41,840 nucleotides of DNA, from assembly GCA_002269645.1 (NCBI GenBank), contig NIVC01003271.1:1-41840 (forward strand), given 5' to 3'. This DNA comes from Macrostomum lignano. Lineage: Eukaryota. The notes under the pieces were generated by a model. The model did not search any database, was not told the DNA's origin, and saw only the letters and a list, made by a program, of their open reading frames with translations. How positions within the stretch are numbered: the first letter of the stretch is position 1; every line of letters starts with the position of its first letter. The position numbers were made by a program, and so were the translations under genes. Of the stretch, positions 33,886-41,840 are shown piece by piece.

Positions 33886-36699
33886 ATGAATAAGCGAGTA
33901 GAACCAGAGGAAGTGCACACAAAAGGGGATGAACTGACTCGCGTGTACCGGCGCAGGTGGCTGACGTTGCTGTTGTTCTGCGCCTACTCCCTCTCCAACG
34001 CCTACCAGTGGATCCACCTCAATATTGTGTTTGACGTCATCTTGGCCAACTACAATGCCTCCTTGCCAAGTGAGCCATCACAGGCCAACCTAGCGATTGA
34101 CTGGCTATCCATGGTTTACATGCTGGCCTATGCGCTGCTCATACTGCCCGCCGCATGGGTGCTCGATAGATACGGCCTGCGTGTCACCAGCATCTGCGCT
34201 ACGTCGCTTAACTTTATCGGCGCTCTGATGAAGTGCTTCGCCACAGACTCAAACAGATTCTGGCTGCTGTTTGCTGGGCAGACGGTTAGTTTCTTTGACT
34301 GATATGACCCTACTTACTTCTGGGGGCCCAGAACCTGACAATCCAAGGGAATAAAATAGTAAATATGATAAACTAGTTAAAAAAATTAATCAATAGGAAA
34401 AGAATTCTGCATTATTCTGCAAAGTATTCCTTAGGACCAAAGGACGTCAACAAGTCTAGAGTTTGAAATTTAAGAACTTTCTCTTGTACTCGTAATTTAC
34501 TTCCTGAAGGTGTGTGCAACGGCGCAGAGCTTCATCTTGGGCATACCTGCACCGCTAGCAGCTGCTTGGTTTGGCATTAATGAGCTCTCAACAGCTACGG
34601 CCTTAGGAGTTTTCGGCACCCAGATCGGCGTAGCCGTTGGCTTTGTGCTGCCGCCGCTGTTCATCAGCAAAGGCGACGGTATGCAACAGCAGCTGTTATG
34701 GATGTTCATCGGAGGCGCCTGCGTCACCGGAGCTCTGTTTCTATTAGTGCTGCTCTTCTTCTGCGACAGACCGCCGCTGCCACCGTCGCTTGGGCAGTTG
34801 ACTGTTCGCAGAAATTCCCACAACCAGGAAGGCGAGACGAAGACGACTGGAAAAATGTACGCAGCCTCCTTGAGACGGCTTCTGACGTGCCCGGCATTTG
34901 TCTTGCTGACAATCTCCTACGGTCAGTTTTTGATGAGCAGACTGTTCTGTTAATTTCAGAGTACTTTTTTCTAAGCCATGTTTACAACGCAAACTTTGTA
35001 CAAACAACGCAAACGCAAACAATTACCCTTCTTTGGTCTTACACTACTAAATCTACTATTTAAGGTCTCAATACTGGGGTATACTACGCTTTGTCAACGC
35101 TGCTCAATCCAATTGTCGTACCAGAGTTCAAGGTAGCTGCTGAACTGATGATGATTTTTGCAAGATAGATCGCCCCACTTTTCCCAGAGAGAATAATTTT
35201 TATTTGATGTTTCTTCAGAAAATCGAAATAAATTCCACTTCCGTGGACGCTATAGAGCAGCAGGTCGGGTGGGCTGGCTTCACGCTCATCGCTGCGGGCG
35301 TCCTTGGGGCCGTCATCTATGGAATTGTTCTCGACAGGACGCGAGCCTTTAAGTAAGGTTTTTGTTTGAATACTCTTTAGCACGCTTTGTTATAACCTTT
35401 AAAAGCGTCACATTGTTTTCACTCATACAAATTTTGTAATTCAATAGTCCTCAACAACTGTAGAGCCAAAAAAGACTTAAAGCAGGATTAATTGAGATAA
35501 AATAACAGTAATTACGAGAATGCTCGACAACGCTAGACAAGACACGTTTACCTTTCAAATGGTTAATTAAGTTGTATTGCTAGTAGCGAATGGGGATCTA
35601 CGAGTAAATCAATTTTTTAAATCATTTCTATACTCATCAGACTGACGACTCTGTCGTGCTATTCGTTGTCCTTGATCGGCACTGCCCTGTTCACGGCCAC
35701 ACTGCCACTGGCTCAACTCTGGCTGGTGTTTGTCTCGATGGCCGTGCTAGGCTTCTTCATGACTGGCTACCTGCCAGTTGGGTTCGAATATGCGGCCGAG
35801 ATCACCTACCCGGAGAACGAAGGCCTGTCTTCCGGCATTCTTAATGCTTCTGCTCAGGTTGGTGCATAAAATGAAAGTGAGGGTGCATTCGTCCATGATC
35901 GGTATTTTGCCAACTGCTGACCCACCCAAAAGCTGCTCACACGTCCTTGCCTGCACAGTTATTCGTCGCCCCCCCAAATCGTGCGAGTCACTTGCCCCAA
36001 TATGACTAGCTATCTGCTTAAGCTTAGGCAAAAATGCAGACAACTGTGCCCACCCAGGCTACCATCTAGCTGACGTCATAAAGCTGGAGGTCATTGGTGG
36101 CTTTTTGCAAAGCGGAATAAAGTTCATATGAGCAGACATTCTCTTGTATTTATGGCGTACATATTGAAATACTGAAATTAGCTGCTGTTTTATAATGCCT
36201 GTTTTGCTATACAGCTATACACAATTGCTATACACAACCGCATATTTTCAAACAATACTTCCCTCAACAATACGGCCCTCCCTTAAGATTCTCGGCATAT
36301 CCTGCACCATCTTCGTCCGTGCAGTTATAGATGCTGTGAGCACTCTCGCTGCGAACTTCATCTTCTGTGGCCTCCTGCTGGTGGGCACCGTCCTAACAGG
36401 TATGCGCCGCAGTTTTACTGCGGTTGAGATATTTCTTCGTTGTTACAGTCGGCCATGATTTTGTAGTCAGTTCTCTGAATCGCTTTTGACTTTACACTCC
36501 TTTTATTCATAAAAGACGCATTTTTGATTAAGTATCACTGCAGCACAGTGCCTCATCCTTCACTTGGCACTCTGCTGACTTTAAACCTGCGACCAAAAAT
36601 CTCTTTGCAGCCCTCATTCGGTCTGATCTGAAGCGACAAAGAGCTAACCAAATACTGATTGATGAACCATCAGTTGGCGCAGCCGTGGTCCGTGGATAA
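33886..36699 (+). CDS. FLVCR: FLVCR (SLC49) family MFS transporter, 476 aa; exons 33886-34284, 34510-34921, 35065-35132, 35219-35352, 35641-35857, 36288-36399, 36611-36699
   Basis: VYRRRW...[96 protein letters not shown]. All introns are GT-AG and in phase. Confidence 0.95.
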
Positions 36700-37411
36700 G
36701 CCCGCTTAACCAAAAACCGCATGCGCACGCATATTAGGAATGTCATCGTGTTCTTTGAAGGCTGCTGCTGAAAACCTAATCCGATTAGATCTATAATATA
36801 CATTTTGATTATTTTGGTCAGTACAAATATCACTGGGGAAATGGAATTTTATCATATAAAAATTAAACCAAAACCTGTCACAGCGTCGTAGTCGCTATTG
36901 GTGCTCGGCTCCTGAACATTTTTATTGGCTTACTTCACTTGTTCAAAACGACACAAGTTGAAAAAAAATACTGTATGGAAAGAAAAAGTATACAAGAATT
37001 GGTCTAATTGGCTGAATTTTAACTAAGACGCGTCAAATGGATTTAAAAAGTGCGTTCATTATAGTATATTAACCAACAAAACGCAGGTGAATCGATTAAG
37101 CTTATGGTTTTACTGTACTGTACAGGAATGGAAGTTAAACCCCAATGAATCTCGGTTATAAATGAAAGTAAATTTTTATTTTACTGACGCATTACTACCT
37201 TAAAAAGGGCGAAGTAACAGTTCTCATGAGCATGCAGCTCCCTCACCAGAAGTAAGACATTGATGCAGTTCTCGGCAAGCTTGATTTGCTGTTCTGCTGA
37301 ATTAAGATCTGGGATCTCACTCTGGAGTGCGGATCTGGAACCTTAGTCTGGATTGGGAACCTGGGATCGGCTACCTTGAGTCCAGCGTTCTACCCAAGGA
37401 CTACATAAGTA

Positions 37412-37646
37412 GAAGGACGCAACACTCGAAATCTATGGAAAATGTTTTGAAGGCAACTTTTCCCCGAAAAATACACTACGGAGATAGGAATTAGTTTTAA
37501 TTTTTAAGCACAAAAATTGTTATTCCTTTCGATAGGAGGCAGACCCAATGTTCATCTTTTGACATGTTGTGCCTTTCTTATAGTGTATTTTTCGGCGAAA
37601 AGTTGCCTTCAAAACATTTTCCATAGATTTTGAGTGTCGCGTCCTG
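37412..37646. mobile_element. TA-flanked MITE with ~65-bp TIRs; a related inverted copy lies at ~31170-31330
   Basis: AGGACGCAACACTCGAAATCTATGGAAAATGTTTTGAAGGCAACTTTT...ATACACTA has an inverted match at 37581-37646. The interior matches 31174-31250 in reverse complement. Confidence 0.75.
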
Positions 37647-38403
37647 TATATACGTTGATTTAGTTGTCCTTGGTTCTACCACTCTGGAATATTAAGTCAA
37701 CTGCTAGAGGGACTAATTAGTTCAAACCATGCATAGATCTTATAATCAACAGAGTGCGTTTTGAGAGAAAGAAATCGTCTATAGCTACATGTTCACTTTT
37801 TCTGGGTCTGGAGGTTGTTGGAGCGCATTGTATTTTTTAAAGAAAACTGAAAGAAGTCGGCTTAAATGATTACGTAAACGATATAAGGAAAGCTGAACTT
37901 GAACAAACTTGGATGCTGTACATCAAATTTAAAGAAACCTGTGACTTAAAAAAGAGCCATACCGGAAGGCAACAATGCATGCAGACCGGGTTAGTTAAAC
38001 ATAGGTAAAGCAGACAAAGGGCTTTGTCGGTAACATAACCTAATCGCTCGGGGCATGCCAGCTGCTGCTGTTCGATTTGGGTTGCTAGAGCTGAAAATAT
38101 GGGCAAGGCATCATCTCTCTTATCGCTACATCATTTTATCTGCATTTTATTCAAACTCAGTTTCTCTTTCGACAATGGGAACTTCATCTTCGACACTTCA
38201 AGCTTAGCATCTCTGAAACAACATCCACTTCAGACAAACTCCCTTTCATTATCGACAACTGAAAGTGAACATCAATTCTAACCTCAAGAAAATGTTTCCC
38301 TGTGGTCAAATTTGTACCAAATTCTTACAGTTGTTCATTAAAGCAGTGTACGATCAGAATCTCCTTTTCTGTACGGATAGCTTCGTACCAAAGCAAACGG
38401 AAA

Positions 38404-40245
38404 TTTTGAAAAACGAAATTGCACTACAGAGATAGACACGTCTAAAATATTAAAAACTTCACTTCCACTTTCAATAAAGTCCACTTCATATCAACAGTCT
38501 ATGATTCCAGACCTACTGAAACTTCGATTCACTCTCGTCAAAGTGACGTCCAATTTAGACAGTCAACATGCACTTTAGACAGGGACAAGATTTTATGTCA
38601 TAGTCAGCATAAAGCCATACAAATATTTTGTGCACAAAGATTTTCATCAGGAGACTATGCGCTTAATCTAAAAACCTTTCAATCCCTCCGTGCACAATTT
38701 TCCGTCTATTTCTGCACCACAAACTCTGCGATTCTGAGCTATGGGAGACATCGAACCCTCATTGTACGAGGAACCTGGAGAGGAGGACAATGATTCTGTG
38801 AACAGTCACGTCAGCGGCGAGGCTCCAGTGACATGACGACACCAAGTGAGTGAACGCGACCGGTCACGTCTATTAGCTGCCCATCAGAAGGATGAGGATG
38901 AGGACTCGCATCTAAGCTGGGCATCAAAAGGACAACAGCGTACTCGATCATCAAGACAGGCAGAGTGGAGAAGCGTCCTTGTGGCGGGGCTACGAAAATC
39001 AAATGGGATGCCGAGTTACAGCAGTTTCTGTGCGACATTGTCGAGCAGAACCCCATGTTGACACTGGTGGAAATGAACACAATGCTGAGACAGGAGTTTC
39101 CTGCTCAGAAACCTTTTGTCACCGAGAAAACGCTGAGTATCAAACTGGACGGCGCACTGTTCACCACGAAGCTGGTACGCGACCTTCCAGCTCAGCGAAA
39201 CTCACCCGAAGTGCTAATGGCCAGAGTTGGCTTCGTTGAACGGCTGTGCTCACCCGAGACTGCGGACAAGGAAATCATCTTTATTGACGAGTTCGGGTTT
39301 AATGCATGGATGCACCGTTCGTATGGAAGATCGACACGTGGACAGCGAGCGTACCGCCAGGTTGCTGGACAGAAGGGTCAGCGGATCACGGTCTGTGTTG
39401 CTGAGTCCGGCTGCTGGAGTTGTTCACTATGCAACATACGACCGTGGCATGACGAAGGAACGGTTCGGGGAGTTTCTCACGATTGCGATCGCCAACTTCA
39501 GTAGCGTGTTTTCTGACAGTCGCATAAACGTTGTAATCCACAACGTTAGCAGCCATAGGACGCTGAAGTTTATGAGATCGCTGGCGTCGCCGAGATCAAG
39601 AGACTGCCCCCCCCCTACAGCCCTTTTCTAACGTCTGTTGAGAACGCGATCTCATGCTGGAAGCGGCACTGAAGCGACGCTTGTCAAGGATGCAAGACGA
39701 GTTCATTCGCCCAACGCAGGAACAGATCGCTGGTCGTAGTATGGCTGCGTACCGATGGGACATTCTGATGAGAGAAGTGGACGCCACTGGATTGCATCAC
39801 AGCAGAGAAGGTTGCTCGGTGGTTCGGTCACTGCGGCAGATATCTGCCACAGTGCTTGGCAACTCAGCCCATCAATGGTTAATTTGAATTTGAGAGAATT
39901 GCTGATTGGATTCACGTGTGAAATTTAAAATTGGACCTGAATATTTCTTGTTTCTAGTTAATTATTTCGTTCTTCTTTGTCTACAGGACTACAGATAAAG
40001 TCCCGCGGAGATTGCTTCAATTTTATTCATCTCCACAATAAACAGCATCCAAACTGGCCTGTCTAAAGTGCATGTTGACTGTCTAAATTGGACTTCACTT
40101 TGACGAGAGTGAATCGAAGTTTCAGACTGTTGTTTCAGAAGTTCATAGACTGTTGATATGAAGTGGACTTTATCGAAAGTGGAAGTGAAGTTTTTAATAT
40201 TTAAGACATGTACCTATTTCTGTAGTGCAATTTCGTTTTCCAAAA
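38404..40245 (+). mobile_element. Tc1/IS630-type (DDE) transposon with ~180-190 bp TIRs; transposase pseudogene at ~38830-39830
   Basis: 38404-38582 is the inverted match of 40051-40245. Transposase motifs: KLGIKRTTAYSII, LTLVEM, IIFIDEFGFN, GRSTRGQRA, VIHNVSSH, LPPYSPFL..VENAISCWK. At least 3 frameshifts. Confidence 0.88.
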
Positions 40246-40699
40246 GGGCCTGTCAACTTAAGCTCATAAAGCGGAGCCCGTGTAGCCTAATATAAGCGGA
40301 GCCCAAAAAGCGGAGCCCGAAAATAGGATCAAACAATTAGGTTAGTAAACGAATCACGGGGATGCGATAAATATTCGAACTGGATTAGCAAACGGGATCG
40401 AACCTGAAACGTAGCGTACAGTGCGATGAAATGAGCAAAGGGGATAAACGCTAAAAATGGGAAAACTAACCGAACAGAGTATGCAAAACCTTTTCGCAAC
40501 AAACGCCAAAAAACAAAAAAACAGAAAAAACACAAAAACAGAAAACAAACACAAAAAACAGAACAAAAACTCCCAAAAATAGACAGCCGACATGAAAAAA
40601 CACAATGCGTTAGAACCAAACTGGATTTAATGCGCAGGGAAGCAAAACTCTCAAAAGCCAGTAGAATGCATGAGGGGGCTTCTGGGACAAAATTTTTCA

Positions 40700-41055
40700 C
40701 CTCCTCCATAATCCCATTAAATCCATCTATATTGTCCCTGACAGAATCAGAAAAAAAGGGAGGTCGCACTCGCTCACAAAACGTCCTCCATAATCCACCT
40801 AAATCCATCCATATTATCCCTGACAGAATCAGAAAAAAGGGGGTCGCACTCGCCCACAAAACCTCCTCCATAATCCCATTAAATCCATCCACATTATCCC
40901 TGACAGAATCTTGAAAAAAGGGGAGGGTTCGCACTTGCTCTGAAAACTTCGAACATAATCGTATTAAATCCATCCATATTATCCCTGAATCAGGGTCCTA
41001 CTCGCTCACAAAACGTCATCCATAATCCCCCTAAATCCATCTATATTATCAGAGC
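40700..41055 (+). repeat. ~80-bp tandem array, about 5 degenerate units
   Basis: CCTCCATAATCCCATTAAATCCATC...CCCTGACAGAATC...GGTCGCACTCGC repeats at ~40701, 40786, 40864, 40950 and 41018. Confidence 0.85.
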
Positions 41056-41233
41056 ATAACAAGTGTCCTACATAATCCACTGACATCCACCCATAGCATC
41101 TTCGAAACAATCAGAAAATAATCTGCATTCTTCTCCCCACATTCAATCCGCAACGCGAAACCAGATCCCTAAGACTTTAAATCATCAGCGCAGGGTGCTC
41201 ATCCTCCGAAAAAAATCTAAATTTTCTCTAAAA

Positions 41234-41476
41234 ATGTTTCCAGTTGTCTCTCCAGGTTCTCATTACAAAGCGCACGAGCCTAATTACAAGAGTAAGTACC
41301 AATGCAAACTAGAATGCAGCGAGTACATGAGAAAATATTGGCCCGGTGTTGATATCAATGTCCCTAATATTAATCTAGCTATTCAAAGACACTGGTTTCA
41401 TAAGTATGGAGTAACCTACGTAAAAGATTACGACAGCTACTATAACTTTGCAGAAATCATTAAGCAATTGCGTTAA
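41234..41476 (+). CDS. 80-aa protein of unknown function, intact copy
   Basis: AAAAATG start; MFPVVSPGSHYKAHEPNYKSKYQCKLECSEYMRKYWPGVDINVPNINLAIQRHWFHKYGVTYVKDYDSYYNFAEIIKQLR. Conserved with 12306-12541. Confidence 0.65.
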   Translation: MFPVVSPGSHYKAHEPNYKSKYQCKLECSEYMRKYWPGVDINVPNINLAIQRHWFHKYGVTYVKDYDSYYNFAEIIKQLR

Positions 41477-41494
41477 AAAACATACTGAGTTCAT

Positions 41495-41719
41495 TTATTC
41501 GCAAGTATATTTACATAAAACAGGAGGAAATAAGGAGGAAAGAGCAGACACTGAGTGTGCAGGGCTATCCAGCTGAAAATTTTCTTCCGCGACGTGCAAG
41601 CTAGTTGCAAGGTTGGAAATGAATGAAGGTAGAGAAAGAACAAGATATTGTAGATCCTCGCAAAATCCAAAATCGATATTCTTCGGATCCAGAATAATAT
41701 TGATTTTCCTCCCGGTCAT
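41495..41719 (-). CDS. Hypothetical 74-aa ORF convergent with the small conserved ORF
   Basis: CAAAATG start context. It occupies the slot held by penton in the first copy. No motif recognised. Confidence 0.3.
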   Translation of the reverse strand: MTGRKINIILDPKNIDFGFCEDLQYLVLSLPSFISNLATSLHVAEENFQLDSPAHSVSALSSLFPPVLCKYTCE

Positions 41720-41840
41720 TTTGTGAACAGCACTTTCCTGTATTGTCAGGAATTCCTGTATTGTCAGGATTTGGCACGAGTTTAAAAAAATCCTGGAAAA
41801 AAATCCTGGAGATCCAGGAAAGTGTTTAGAAGACTACTAG

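Larger units (their letters stand above)
40660..41476 (+). mobile_element. Second, diverged copy of the left end of the Polinton-like element, in direct orientation
   Basis: Co-linear similarity to 11930-12541 (AGTAGAA.GCATGAGGGG..., 80-bp units, CATAGCATCTTCGAAACAATCAGAAAATAATCTGCATTC, small ORF). Confidence 0.85.

Noticed and set aside
40329-40973. 214-aa minus-strand ORF with repeated DGFNGIMEEV
   Set aside because: It is a translation of the 80-bp array plus a low-complexity A-rich tract, and the frame is not maintained across all units.
41830-41840. ACTACT as a Polinton right terminus
   Set aside because: It is only six bases at the window edge, and I found no matching AGTAGT-initiated TIR or TSD.

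Overview
Intron-containing metazoan genomic DNA from a repeat-rich invertebrate. The very short introns, GC-rich exons and the style of the RT fragment remind me of the flatworm Macrostomum, but that is only an inference. Three spliced host genes can be reconstructed with phase-consistent GT-AG junctions: a clockwork orange (cwo) bHLH-Orange repressor on the minus strand (3.3-5.2 kb), a TKL/RIPK-like kinase with a probable C-terminal death domain (24.9-29.6 kb), and an FLVCR/SLC49 MFS transporter (33.9-36.7 kb). The main feature is an ~8 kb endogenous Polinton/adintovirus-like element (11.9-19.95 kb) carrying only virion-morphogenesis genes: penton, a broken major capsid gene, a broken conserved capsid-cluster gene, a pVI-like amphipathic protein, an A32/FtsK ATPase with a frameshift, a fibre-like coiled coil, and a duplicated two-TM gene, one copy of which is fused in frame to the fibre C-terminus. 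I see no pPolB, integrase or protease, and the right side is cut off at a mariner derivative. A diverged direct-repeat copy of the element's left end (80-bp array plus a conserved 80-aa ORF) recurs at 40.7-41.5 kb. The rest consists of decayed mariner and Tc1 elements, tRNA-derived SINEs, MITEs and minisatellites. No database searches were run: family calls rest on motif recognition.
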